Shown: piece by piece, positions 1 through 12,276 of the stretch | Layout: every line of letters starts with the position of its first letter | Numbering within the stretch: position 1 is the stretch's first letter | Source of the DNA: Hydrolagus colliei | Taxonomy: Eukaryota | Length of the DNA: 64,000 nt | Direction of reading: 5' to 3' | NCBI GenBank assembly: GCA_035084275.1 | Contig: CM068744.1 | Span: forward strand, 73,346,001 to 73,410,000 | The notes under the pieces: model-generated | What the model was told of the DNA's origin: nothing | The model's input: only the letters and a program-made list of their open reading frames with translations | Database searches by the model: none | Position numbers and translations under genes: made by a program

Positions 1-93
1 TACCAATTGGCTCAGAAGAAACTGCCTAATTGTACAAGGAAAAGAACAAAGGGTTCTCAACTATTGCTACTGTGAATAGCTAATATTTGGCAC

Positions 94-1057
94 TAGGGTC
101 CGTCGATATGGAAATTTTCCGATTTAGATATATCGATGGGCTCATATCGAGATATAGCGAAATATCGATATTTTCGGGTTTTTCGTACTGCGCATGCGTG
201 CGCGGCGTGCGCATTCATAGTGCGCGCACGTTTCGGGTGCGCGCGCATTCCGGGTGCGCGCGCATTTGGGGCCTATCTCCTCAGGAGGTAAATATCTTTC
301 TCTCTCTGTGTCTCTCACACTCACTCTCTCCATCGCTGTGTTCTTCTGTCTGTGTCTCTGTGTCTCCTCTCTCACATCCCCCCATCTCTATCTATCTGTA
401 TATTATCACATCCACCCCGTCTCTCCCCCCACTCCCCCCCCCCCCCCCCGCAGTCCCTCTCCCTCCCCCCCCCACCGTCTGTCTCCGCCCCCCACGCCCC
501 AAGCCGTCTCTCTCCCCCCACCTCCACCCCCGCTGACCCTCTCCCCCCCACCCCCCCCAGCCGTCTCTTTCCCCCCCCCCCCCCCCCGGCTGTCTCTCTC
601 TCCCTCCCACCCCCCACCCAGCCGTCTCTCTCCCCCCTACCCCCCCCCAGCCGTCTCTCTGCACCCCCCACCCCCTCCCAGCCGTCTCTCTCCCCCTCCC
701 CCTCCCCCCCCCCCCCTCAGCTGTCTCTCTCCCCCTCCCCCTCCCCCCAGCCATCTCTCTCCCCATCCCCCCCCCCCCCCAGCCGACTCTCCCCCCCCCC
801 CCCCCCCCACCCCTTGCATACCTGCATATTGAATTTGAGGATTATGAATACAATATGGCGGCTTTGCACCTCGGTCTGTGCATTGTGTATAGAGATGAGC
901 ATTCTGGGTCTTGTAGTTCAGTGTGCGTGCATTCCGATTTTTTACCTCGCTATATCGTTTTTTCGGTATATCGATATGTTTGGAATGCCTATATCGGCGT
1001 ATCAATAGGAAAATTATATCGGGTTTTAGCGATATATCGATATATCGCCAGACCCTA
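94..1057 (-). mobile_element. Non-autonomous hAT DNA transposon, copy 1
   Basis: 8-bp TSD TTTGGCAC (86-93, 1058-1065). Imperfect TIRs TAGGGTCCGTCGATAT / ATATCGCCAGACCCTA. Many subterminal CGATAT motifs. Strand set relative to the transposase remnant in copy 3. Confidence 0.9.
415..815. repeat. C-rich minisatellite (unit about CnAGCCGTCTCTCT) inside hAT copy 1
   Basis: About ten irregular repeats of (a)gccgtctctct separated by poly-C runs. Source of the Pro/Gly-rich ORFs. Confidence 0.9.
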
Positions 1058-1565
1058 TTTGGCACCATATGTACCTACATTTGCCAAATGAAAGCGTAGG
1101 TTATAGAAGATAAACAGTGTCACTAAATGCATAGAGGAACCTTCAATGGTGGAATGACTTCCCATCACCATTCTTTGCTTGGCAAATATGCCATGTTACC
1201 AGTGGGAGATATTGGGAGGAACTTTCTACAGTAAATCCAAAGCAACAACCACTTGCATTGATATAGTCCCACAAACAGCCGTGAGAGGCATGACCAGTTT
1301 AACCTGGAGGATTGGCGACCAGGACACAGGGAAAATCTCATTCATTGAACATAAGATAGGTGCCACCCTTCATGGGAGGGGAGCAGACTAAATCCACAAG
1401 CTCCCAAATCCAAATGTGCTGTAACTAACTGAATGTTTCTAATATTGGGAGAAAGAAAAAATGAAAAGAAGATCTTGTACTCTGAGTTAGTTTGGGATTT
1501 CTGTGGTACCCAATTATTATATTTATAAATAAATACATATTTCCCCCCTAATAAATAATGATATT

Positions 1566-1930
1566 TAATCCATGCATTTGATATAGCCCCTTATCACATC
1601 TTCTAGATGTCTTAAAGCGCTTCACAGAGTGTACTGTAAAGTGAATTGACTGTATATTTTGCAGACAAAAGCAAGGAGCCACTTATGTACTGCAGAGTCC
1701 CCACAAACCGTCATTGATTGAATGACCAAATTATGTTTTTTTGAAGAGATTATTATCCCCAGAAAAGCAGTCTGCCAATCGACTAAAAACTGGGTTCATA
1801 CTTACTTCTAGGTGAACAGAGGTGTGTGGAGTAAAGAAAGTTGCCCAACATTTCACCCTGCCTGGGAATCAAACCCAGGTCCTTTCGTTTGCGAGGCGAG
1901 TGCCCTAACCACTGAGCCACAGCACTCCAC
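1566..1930 (-). mobile_element. tRNA-derived SINE, long subfamily
   Basis: Reverse complement has A box GGCTCAGTGG, B box-like GGTTTGATTCC, an extra central block and an L2-like tail. Confidence 0.85.
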
Positions 1931-3315
1931 AGTAGGATTGACAGAAGCCGAGGAGCACATTGTTAGCAGCCAGGGTTGAGGGAAACCGTGCATGACACAG
2001 TTTCTTTTTTTATATTGAGTATTTTATTTGTTTTAAATTGGGAAATGAAATGTTCTGAAATGTTGCCTGAAGCTGGTAAAATGCACCATGTAGCTGGAAA
2101 TTACACATACTGTACGCAAGGGCTTCATCGACCGCGAGTTAGGAGCATGATTCTCCTGATCCAGTGTAAACCTCCACCCCCCCACCACCCTTCAAGCGCT
2201 GGAACTTGTGTGGATGTCAAGGTGATGAGAGCATCAAGCTCAACTCTTGACAGCCCCAGTGATTGCACAGCTTGAGGCCACTGTCTGGACTCGAGGATAA
2301 AGAATGGTCCCTTTGGATGAAGTAATGGGTGGTTGCATTCTGTAGTTAGACTATACCCCAGTGTATCAGAGGAGGAGAGGGAAGTGAAGTTATTAAGTAA
2401 ATGTTACCAGATGCAGATCGCACTGCAAGTGTTGAACAGCGGTTGATGTGTTAAATCCTCACACCTCGTGGTTGGAGGGAGGGGAGTTGCAGGCGTTATT
2501 TACTATCAAGCAAACCTCACATGAGAAGTATTGTAGGTACAGTAGTTAGTTTACTGTTTTTGTGAAAACAGATGAAACGCCTGAATAAACCGCTGATGGC
2601 TCCCTGTACAGGGACCATAAATAACAAACGTTTCAGAGGAAAAACTCAACACAATATCAATTGGATTTCCCCTCCAGTGAAATGAGGCTGCTCGCACTGA
2701 TAAGAAACTGTATATTAGAAATGTCAGATAAACATTGTTTTCCCTCAAGACCCTTGGACTTTAGCTTCCTAGATACCGAGTAAGCTGGACAAATGCGTGC
2801 CGTTGGATTCTGACATACACAATTAAATGATTTGTCTCTCTGATAGAGCCACAGAATGGCAACTTTTCTTTCCTCCCAGCGCTCTCCCCCCCCCCCCCTT
2901 AAACCAGTTCCTACATCTTTTGTACTGCAGCACAGGAGCTGATGCCAGACTGCAGATATTTAATTCTTGATGCTTCCTGCTGATGGGAGGTATATTACTA
3001 GGAATAATTGCCTTTGATATAGCACCTTATCACGTTGTTGAGATGTCCCATACGGTAACGTGGATTGACTGTATATTTTGTGGATGAAATGGGGGAGAGG
3101 GTATTGTTTCCAGCTCTCTCCTTCGTGGTATGCAGATGGATCGACTTGTGTGGAGCTGCTTTGTGTCCTGCAGTGCCCATGACGTGTGTTGTAGATTTTC
3201 TTGAATGAAACCTGATCTGGCTGCCTTGTGTGACTTTCCTCCCGCTGAAGCAGCAACATCAGGTCTGATGAGAAGTGACCGCTGGTTGGGAGCTGAAGCA
3301 AATTGAAGTGCATAC

Positions 3316-4529
3316 TAGGGAACGGCGATATGGGAATTTTCCGGATATGGATATATCGGTTGGCTCATATCGAGATATACCGAAAAACCGATATTTTCAG
3401 TTTTTTCGTACAGCGCATTCCGGGTGCGCGCGCTTTCCGGGTGCGCGCGCATTCGGGGCCTATCTTCTCAGGAGGTAAATATCTTTCTCTCTCTGTGTCT
3501 CTCACTCTCTCCATCTCTGCGTTTTTCTGTCTGTGTCTCTCTATGTCTCTCTCCCTCTCTCCTCTCTCACATCCCCCCCCATCTCTATCTATCTGTATAT
3601 TATCACATCCACCCCGTCTCTCGCCCCACCCCCGTCGTCTCTCTCCCCCACCACCCCCCGAGCCGTCTCTTTCTCCCTCCCCCCCCCGCCGTCTCTCTCT
3701 CCCTTCCCCCCCAGCTATCTCTCGCCCCCTCCCCCCAGCCGTCTCTCCTCCCCTCTCCTCCCCCCCCTGCCGTCTCTCTCTCCCTCCCCCCCCAGCCGTC
3801 TCTCTCCCCCTCTCCCCCCCCCAGCCGTCTCTCTCCCCCTCTCCCCCCCAGCCATCTCTCTCCCCCTCTCCCCCACAGCCGTCTCTCTCCCCTCTCCCCC
3901 CCCCCCAGCCGTCTATCTCCCCCTCCCCCCAGCCGTCTCTCTCCCGCTCTCCTCCTCCCCCCAGCCGTCTCTCCCACTCTCCCCCCCCCCCCAGCCGTCT
4001 CTCTCCCCCCCCCCCCCCAGCCGTCTCTCTCCCCCTCTCCCCCCCCCCAGCCGTCTCTCTCCCCCTCTCCCCCCCAGCCATCTCTCTCCCCCTCTCCCCC
4101 CCAGCCGTCTATCTCCCCCTCCCCCCAGTCGTCTCTCTCCCCCTCACCCCCTCCAGCCGTCTCTCTCCCCCTCTCCCCCCCCCCCAGCCGTCTCTCTCCC
4201 CCTCTCCCCCCCAGCCATCTCTCTCCCCCTCTCCCCCCCAGCCGTCTATCTCCCCCAACACACAGCCGTCTCTCTCCACCCACCCCTTGCATACCTGTAT
4301 ATTGTATTCGAGGACTATGAATACAAGATGGCGGCTTTGCACCTCAGTCTGTGCATTGTGTATAGAGATGAGCATTCTGGGTCTTGTAGTTGATTGTGCT
4401 CGCATCCCGATTTTTTACCTCGATATATCGATTTTCGATATATCGGTATTTTTTAAATGTCTATATCAGCATATCGATATGAAAATCATATCGGGTTTTA
4501 GCGATATACCGATATATCGCCGTTCCCTA
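3316..4529 (-). mobile_element. Non-autonomous hAT DNA transposon, copy 2
   Basis: 8-bp TSD GTGCATAC (3308-3315, 4530-4537). Perfect 16-bp TIR TAGGGAACGGCGATAT. Collinear with copy 1. Confidence 0.93.
3610..4290. repeat. C-rich minisatellite (unit about CCCCCCAGCCGTCTCTCTCCCCCTCT) inside hAT copy 2
   Basis: More than 20 tandem units of about 21-30 nt. Confidence 0.92.
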
Positions 4530-7500
4530 GTGCATACAGACTACTGAGTCAACTTTACTTTAATCACAGCTTCCTTTTTCCCCCCACTTACCTATTGCTG
4601 TTCCTGCGTTTCTCACCAATTTACGCTGATATTCGACACAGTGCTCGGAAGGAGAGGGAAATGCTACATTGTCACGGGATGACATTTTTTGAATCAGACA
4701 CTGAACCAAAATTCCGCATGCTAGGTCAGGTGCAAGATAAAGGTCCCATAACACTGTGCAACATGATAAAGTAGTGTCTCTCAATGTCCTGACCAATAAT
4801 ACAAATCCCCCTGAAAAAGTGTTCTGTCACTTCATGTATGTGGGCCCATGCTGGCACCAGTGGTTACAGATTCTCCTTCCAGGACAATCACTACACTTGA
4901 TTCCTATAAAGCACTTTGAGATGTTTCAATGTAATAAGGCTCTATAAAATACAAGTTCTTTCTTTCTGACGCCTTTTTAAAAAAAATATTCCAATGATGA
5001 ACCATTGTTTGTGGTCCTCAATAACAGGATTTCATTCTCAGCTGTGCAGTTGCATAGGGGCATTCAGCCTTGGGTCTCTTGCCCTAAGCGCAGCAGTAGA
5101 AGCTAGTACTGTACATGGGATAGATAGGCAGGAAGTGGCAATTGCTGAGTAGTTTGGGAATGTTGTTGAGGAGTCACATGCTCAGTTGCAAATGCACGGT
5201 GTTTAAATTGGTGGCAGTGAAATCACAGCAGGAGAACTCTACAAGGCTGTCCTCTGGAGTCATTCAAAAAGTGTGCTCTTGTCAGGTTGTGGAGCATATA
5301 TGCCTTAATGAGGTTTCATTGTAGGTCCAAAAACATGCTATTGTTCAACAGGAAGACGCCAGTTTGGATCTGATTGTTTAACTTCACACTACTTTGACTC
5401 TCGAGAATCCTGTGTTACTGTATCGTGTTCTCTGTCAGGAAGCTATCATTGACCCCACCATCCCTTCCACTTATGCGGTTGTGCCGTTCACTTAGGATAA
5501 ACATCTCAAAATGCTTCACAGTGATGATGGGGATCACTGAACTGTGCAGGGAAGAAAGGAGGAATGGTGTGAAGGTGCTGTTTCTATGAGTGTTTTGAAA
5601 TCAGTGAGAGAAGCAGTGAGGCAAACGGCTTTTAGTTGAGACTTCTAAAGAGCGATGGTGGGGGGTATAGTGACAGGCGTCTTGGCCAGCAATAAGACAG
5701 GAGTGAGAAAGTCCAGGCAGCAACCATAAAACTGCACCACCACATGAGTCAGTTTTTTCCAAGCAAGGTGAAATCAGAAAATCAGTTAAGCAAGCAAAGG
5801 TCAATTGGCTAATTGACTGGTTAAGCTCATTGTAGTGAATGGATTCTGGATCCATTGCTTCTTTCGGTGATTATTATTATTGTTAATTACTTAATAGCCA
5901 TTAAACATTTAACAATGCGAAGGCATCACAAACCAGTCTGATTCCGTTATAAAATCCTTATCTGATAAAGCGCCTATCAAGTTGAAATATCTCAAACTAC
6001 TTCACAAGTAATTGATGCCAAGTAGTTACTGTATTTGAAGGTAAATGGGGCAGCAGATAAATTGAACAGTGAGTGAAGCAAACTAACAATTTATTTGGAG
6101 AATTGTTGATTAGCATACTGGGAGAAATTGTGCTTTTCAAATAGTGTCATTAAATTTTTAACATTACCCTGACCTTATCTGATTGACTGCACTTATTAAT
6201 AATAATTCTTGCATTTAATATAGCGCTTCATCACATCAAAATTTTTACCTACAAATACAAAGTCACCACTGTTTAGAGAAAATCCTTTGACATCCTTTCA
6301 GCTGTTTCAACAATGTGATGAGACTCTATATCAAATACAAGGAAACATCTCAAAACACATCAAAAGTTTTATGTAAAGTATGTACCAGTTAAACTGTATT
6401 AGTTGTCAAATGCACAGCCAATTTACACATAGCGTTGCCCCACAAACAACCATGAAATGAATGAGCAATTTTATCCAGGGGAAGCTCCTGTGGGCAGTAT
6501 TTTAAGGAAGTATTCAGCTCCAATAGGTTTCTTCAGGGTTATTAGCTATTGATTTGCCCCTCAAAATACTGTGTAGTACAGTTGGGGATGCTTAAGTTGG
6601 GACATCTTTGGGCTTTAGGTTTAAACCCCATCCTCCCCCACTCCCTCTCCCATCACCGCTGAAAACAGTTGAATGCATTTTCTGATTTTACGATCGAAGC
6701 CGAGCACCAAGACCCAATTATCCTGGTCTGCTGGCTGAGTTCATTTTCCAATTGCCTGGTTTTTAAAGTAGAAAATGAGTGACAATATACCAAAGGTTAA
6801 TTGCCCTAAATTTACACACAAAATGTTTAATCGTTTTGAATGCCATGGCTCCGTTTCCTGGGAAAGCGAGAAAAATGAAATGGAAAATGAGATTTTTGTC
6901 AGCAGTTCCATTAAAACAAATTGAACTGAAGAGGCTATTGAATGTGCTGGCAGTGTGGAAACCAGGGAGCTTGTCAGCAACTGTCAAAGGAGTTGAAATC
7001 TCGTATTCTTTCATTCTCTTTTCGGTCATGCTTGCACACTCTTATCATTCTCCACAAGAAATGAGAATATTTCAGCTGGCATTAGAATTACTACAATATT
7101 ATTAAACGCAGGTAAGTAAGCCACAGACTGAATGTTCAATCTCTGGTCTGTGATGTTGGTTGAGCTCAGTTGGCAGAACAATAGAATTGCAACAATTCAC
7201 CTCAACGCACTTCATACAGTATGATGGAGGGGATAATTAACCATGTTTCCTGCGTTTGATCACTATCCAGTGACTCATAGCAGCCAATTCCTCAGTCCTA
7301 TCAGCCTGGGGCCCACAAAATTAGTTAGAGATCTGGTGTCATTAGCCTGGGGCCAGCTTTCCTTGGCCTGCTGCCTTGCCCTAGTACTAGGGCAGGCAGC
7401 AGTGCTAGTGGCCTGGGGTAAAACAGCACAGCTCGCCCAATCTTTAAGCCCAAACATATTTTTGACACAGGTGAACGGGGGGGGGGGGGGGAAGAGATAA

Positions 7501-8731
7501 AACATAATTGGTCTTCTGCCAACTCTCATGTAAAGTCTGCGATACAGAGGAGATCTCTTCCTGTGGAAGTTCTCCAGAGGGTTTAGTTGGTGAATGTAGC
7601 ATATTGTTTGGTCCTTGGTCTAGATAAGCCAGATTCAGTGTCTGTGTTACAGACTAGGGAGAGCAATTTTGGGGTGAGGGAAGTTGGGGGATTAGGAGTT
7701 GCTGATGGGTCCATCAAAGAGGAGAGTCTTGACTGCCTGAACCAAGCTGAAATATATTTGATAACGCATGCAGAACAATTTTACAAACTCATTATTACAT
7801 GTTTTAAGGTAACGTGGGTTATTGCGCAATTGAATCACCAGCCCAACACATTTACTTGACAAAACAATCCCAAATACGTGTAGAAAGCAGCTGGCTCATT
7901 TCATATAGCATTGTGTTGCTTCAAATCGTGGCTTCTCATGCACTAACAACTTTTGGTATTTTACCTATCGGATGTGTTACTGTGCACTTACACACTGCAT
8001 GTAGAAGCGTTGACCTGCAATTGAACCCAGTAACAACGCTGGTTGGGAGTATTAAGACATTCCCGCCACCACCAAGTTATAACAAGGCTGTATTGATTGG
8101 GGGTGGGGGGGGCAGAATAGAGGGTTGCAGAGATATTCAAGTCAGATTCTCTCTATGACCCTTATTAGATCCTAACTTATTCATGAGAGTCTGATCATCT
8201 ACTAAAGGTGTGTTTACAGAAGGAAAGTGTATGAAAATCGATCTAACTGAGCACGGAAAGTGTTAGTTGGTAAGATTGTAATTCCAGCTATTATGAGCAA
8301 GCAGTCTGTTTGACCCACTGGAGTGTGCGGTGAGGAGATGAAAACAGCAGGTTAAACCTTGTAAACAATAGTTTCCTATGGGCCTATGACACCTATTGGG
8401 TTAAGGATCTCATTATACTATATTGACCAGTTTGCTTGAATCTATTTAAGTCATATTGAATATAGCTGCAGTGCAGCATCAATAATGCAGCATTGGTATT
8501 ATGATTGTTTCCAATCTTGTCCATACTCACCTTCCTGTATTGACTTTCTATAAATACAGCAAAAACATGCACTTAAATAGCACCTTCCAGGTAGGATGGA
8601 TGAGTCAAAGCAGTTCAAAAAGACAATGTGCATCATGGAGCAAGGAGGAGAGAGGGGAGAAATTTGAGTCTGTTGATCAAAAGCATGGTTAAAGATACAT
8701 TTTTGTAGTCATGGAGAAAGGGTGGCCAGCA

Positions 8732-9030
8732 AATAATAATGATAATCCTTGCATTTGATATAGTGCTTTTAATGTCTTCTAGACGTCTCAAAACGCTTCA
8801 CAGAATATACTGTAAAGTGAATTGACTGTTCTTTGTGGGCGAAACGCGGCAGTCAATTGCACACAGTTGTGTTCCACAAACAGTCGTGGATTGAAAATGA
8901 CCAATTTTTTTGAGGGATTATTATTAGATATGTAGAATAAGGAAACTTGCCCAAGGTTTCACCCTGTCTGGAATTGAACCCAATGTCTCTCGCTTGCAAG
9001 TGCTCTAACCACTGAGCTTCAGGGCTTCGC
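8732..9030 (-). mobile_element. tRNA-derived SINE
   Basis: (TAA)n ccttgcatttgatatag...aaccactgagct. Same family as 12277-12578. Confidence 0.88.
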
Positions 9031-9879
9031 AAAGGGACTTTGGGAGAGAGATTGAGGGAGTGGAGACATGAAGCCTTAAACAGTGACTCGATCGTTGTTC
9101 AGCCATGCCTCTCTGGGTCAGATGGAGAAGACAAAATTATATATTGTCAGTGTATTGTGAGCTGAGTGTCTGTTCAGCCTGTGCAGCCCTGACGTGGTTA
9201 CAAAAGAGCAACTCTACTATCCCAAGTGAAGTGAGGCGAGACAATAATTGACGAATATAAGATGTCATGAGTGTACTAAGTTTTCAATATTAGTTGTGCA
9301 GTGCCACTCACATCTGAATTCCTTTTCCTGATCCCTGGGCTCTTGTTTGGACACTCTCTTTGTAGCCTGTGAATTTGTTCTTTAATAAAGACCTATTGAA
9401 TGGTTTTAAAATGTTTAATAAGAAGAGTGCTGTTCACACAGGTTTTTAGTCACGTAGTTTCAGACTTGACGTACTTTCAATATTGAAACTGCATTCAAAA
9501 TGAAGCCATGGTCTAATTTGTAATATTTTTTAAGATTTCTCAATGAGACATGGTGCCATTATGGAATTTTCTAAAACGTTAAATGTGCTGAGGAATGTAC
9601 CTCCAGCACATTCAGTGCGTTAGAAATTTGCTGGTACACCCATTACAAAGAATTATAGTTATGTTTCAATGTCCAAAATAAAAAAAAGTTTAAATGGTAA
9701 TTGCTGGTGGCTACTATTATGGGAAACTGGGAAAATTGCTGACCTTAATAGTCCAAGGGAGGCTGTGAAAGCTACTGCCACTAATTCAGTAGGATATCGC
9801 AGTGGGCTTCTGAGTTTGCCTCTCTCTCTCTCCCTCATCGAGACCTTGTAAATTCTTCAAGTCGAGGCCCCCCTGTTAC

Positions 9880-10200
9880 AAGAGCTCCTCCGTGGCCCAG
9901 CGGATCGTCACCCACCTGATGTGAAACTGATCCCTACAGTGCCAAGGAGGACTGTGGTGAGACATGATCCTGTTGTGCTCGCTAATCTCAGCCAAGTTTG
10001 CTATAAAGAGGCACTTTAATTGGCCACAGCGTCCCCTGAGTGATGGGAACAAAGAACAAACATCAGCCTTTATCATTATCCAGTGACTCCTATGTGGGTA
10101 TCGGCAGATTTTTATGTGATTCCCTGCCCCGTAAGTCTATCCCTCGGTGGTTACGCAAGTATTCACGGTATATCTGGGTCTGAGGGCACTGGTGGAATGG
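9880..10200 (+). mobile_element. Ancient SINE-like repeat family (representative copy)
   Basis: Shared blocks gctaatctcagcca, aattggccacagcgtcccctg, tcattatccagtgactcc recur diverged at about 2140-2385, 7115-7280, 28100-28280, 34970-35275 and 56945-57245 (plus) and 54915-55075, 55680-56140 (minus). Confidence 0.55.
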
Positions 10201-10339
10201 TGCTCCAGCTTGAATCAACACCGACAGGAAAGGCAAGCAAGTTTACTCAGTTAAGCGATGATTCAGCCAAAGTGCAGGGCAGCACAAAAAGTACTGGCCG
10301 CTGGCTTGTCTAATTGATACCTCCCACCTTATTTTTCAG

Positions 10340-10582
10340 AAGAAAAACCAGACTGCTCCAAAGCCAGGTGTGAGGTGCAGTTTTCCCCTCGCTGCCCAGA
10401 AGACGCCATCCTGATCGAAGGCTATGCCCCACCCGGCGAGTGTTGCCCTCTGCCAAGCCGCTGTGTGTGCAAGCCAGCTGGTTGTTTGAGAAAAGTCTGT
10501 CAGCCTGGCTACCAGAGTATTCTAGTTTCCAAGGCATCGGGGAAGCCAGGGGAATGTTGCGACCTGTACGAGTGCAAAAAAG
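10340..10582 (+). CDS. CRIM1: CRIM1 coding exon (equivalent to human exon 3), 243 nt, phase 1-1
   Basis: tttttcAG|AAGAAAAACCA...TGCAAAAAAG|GTacat. Translates (E)EKPDCSKARCEVQFSPRCPEDAILIEGYAPPGECCPLPSRCVCKPAGCLRKVCQPGYQSILVSKASGKPGECCDLYECKK, near-identical to vertebrate CRIM1 as I recall it. Confidence 0.97.
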
Positions 10583-12276
10583 GTACATAAAAGGTTGCTT
10601 CTCACTGTCCGTTTTCCTTGGCTTGTTCCGGGATTATGCGATAAGAATTAACATTTAAAGATAATCTGCTTGTGTTTGAGTGTGGTTTATTCTGTGTAGC
10701 CGACTAACATAAACAAGCCTATATGTCCATTTGGCTCTCATTCTGCCTCTGTTTTACTTCAATCCCTCTTCCTGTCTCACTTCTCTCTCCTTGTAAACAA
10801 GGAACAGAAAGTTTGCTGGAATCAGTGTGTGGCATGTGTTTGACCCCAGTATTGCTGTTCTTTGATGCAAGCACAGATTGTAAGCAGTGTTGTCACTAGC
10901 GTTTGAGCTAAAACCAATAGAAAGAGCATGAAATCCTTATCCCATTGAACTGGAATTTTTTGTTTGACAAAATAAATTTCTCCCCCGAGTAGGATTTTGA
11001 TAAACTTTGCACGGTGCAGAAAAATTATGCCCGGGGTGAAATTATAGATTTTGTGATTCCAAAGAAGGAATTGGCTCTGGAGAGAGCACTTTGATCAACA
11101 TTAAGGTGAATCACTGGTGACAGTAATAGGATTGGGCATGATTTGCAACAACGATAAAATTACATTTGTACGGCGCCTTTCACGTCGGGAGGACGTCCCC
11201 AGATGGTGAATCACAAATTAAGAACAATGGAACAACACTGAAACCTATTGACTTGGCGACCACCTGATGAATAAAGCTGCAATGTACGAGCTTGAGCTCA
11301 CTGGTTGGAATCCGCGTCTGTGCTGAGTTTGTTGGTGGTATGGGGAGGCTGTGTTGTGGAGGGGAAAACCGGCTCACGTTCCCGCTCCTGGTGCCTCTGC
11401 AGCACCCTCTGCTGGTTGTGCTCAGGTGTGGCAGCCAGGTGAGAAGAGGGTCAGTTGTAATGGCTGAGATGCCCTCAACAGTCCAGTTGGCCTGAGGGCT
11501 GGACTGAAGTCCGGAGGGCACCCCAAACCCATGGAACCGCACTCCCAACAAATGGAGGCTGGGACCGGGAGCAGAGGCCATTGTCAGAAGGGACTTGGTT
11601 AGAATTTTTTAAAAAGTATTGACTAAAGTTGTAGCGTTGGGTTTTTTTTTTGGGTGTGGGGGTCAACCCAGGTGTCTTGACACATTCGGAAACCCATCAC
11701 CATGTTTAGGCTTTGTTTTCCCCTGATGTTGGCTAAAGACGCCTGATGACAACAATTTGTTTTCTGTGTTCTAAAGCTGGTGTCAGGTGAATAATTGTAG
11801 GTTCTGCATTGTGCTGATTGTGAGAATGGAGGGGATGCAGCTTTGGTTCATTCGTTCTGCAGTGCTCCCTATATCTGTCATGTTGGGAAGTCTCCCTGTG
11901 GTGGGATGAAACGGACTTTACTTAGCTCCTGTGAGGCTATTTGCGATGAAGAGCAGGACTGGCGCTAGCATGGTCCTGGCCACATCTCCCTCCTCATTTA
12001 TCTCATTTTCTTTTTTGGAAAGCAGTAAAGTGATAAAAGAACTCTGAAACGTGTGACATCTCTGTGACTTTTCGTGTCACGCTAGAAGCAGACATGGGCC
12101 TGAGTTGAATTAATGACCCCTTTGCTGGCATTGGCTGGAAAGTGATGGATGGGACATACCGAGTATGCATGGGGTGTGTATGTCTGATCCATCTCCTGCT
12201 CTCTTTCTCTCATTCACTCATATTTTCTATTTAATCTCTTTTCTCTTTCATTCCCTCTCTCATTTTTTTTCTCTTA

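Noticed and set aside
87-1091. Pro/Ser-rich and Gly/Glu-rich ORFs in all frames (extensin- or formin-like appearance)
   Set aside because: Produced by a stop-free C-rich minisatellite inside a TSD-flanked transposon.
3610-4290. CRISPR-like array
   Set aside because: No unique spacers (only C-run variation), no cas genes, eukaryotic intron context.
3303-4547. 414-aa ORF and overlapping ORFs
   Set aside because: Same minisatellite artefact; open in nearly all six frames and coincident with hAT copy 2.
1-10339. CRIM1 exons 1-2 (signal peptide, IGFBP domain)
   Set aside because: No matching coding sequence found; this stretch is read as the 3' part of intron 2.
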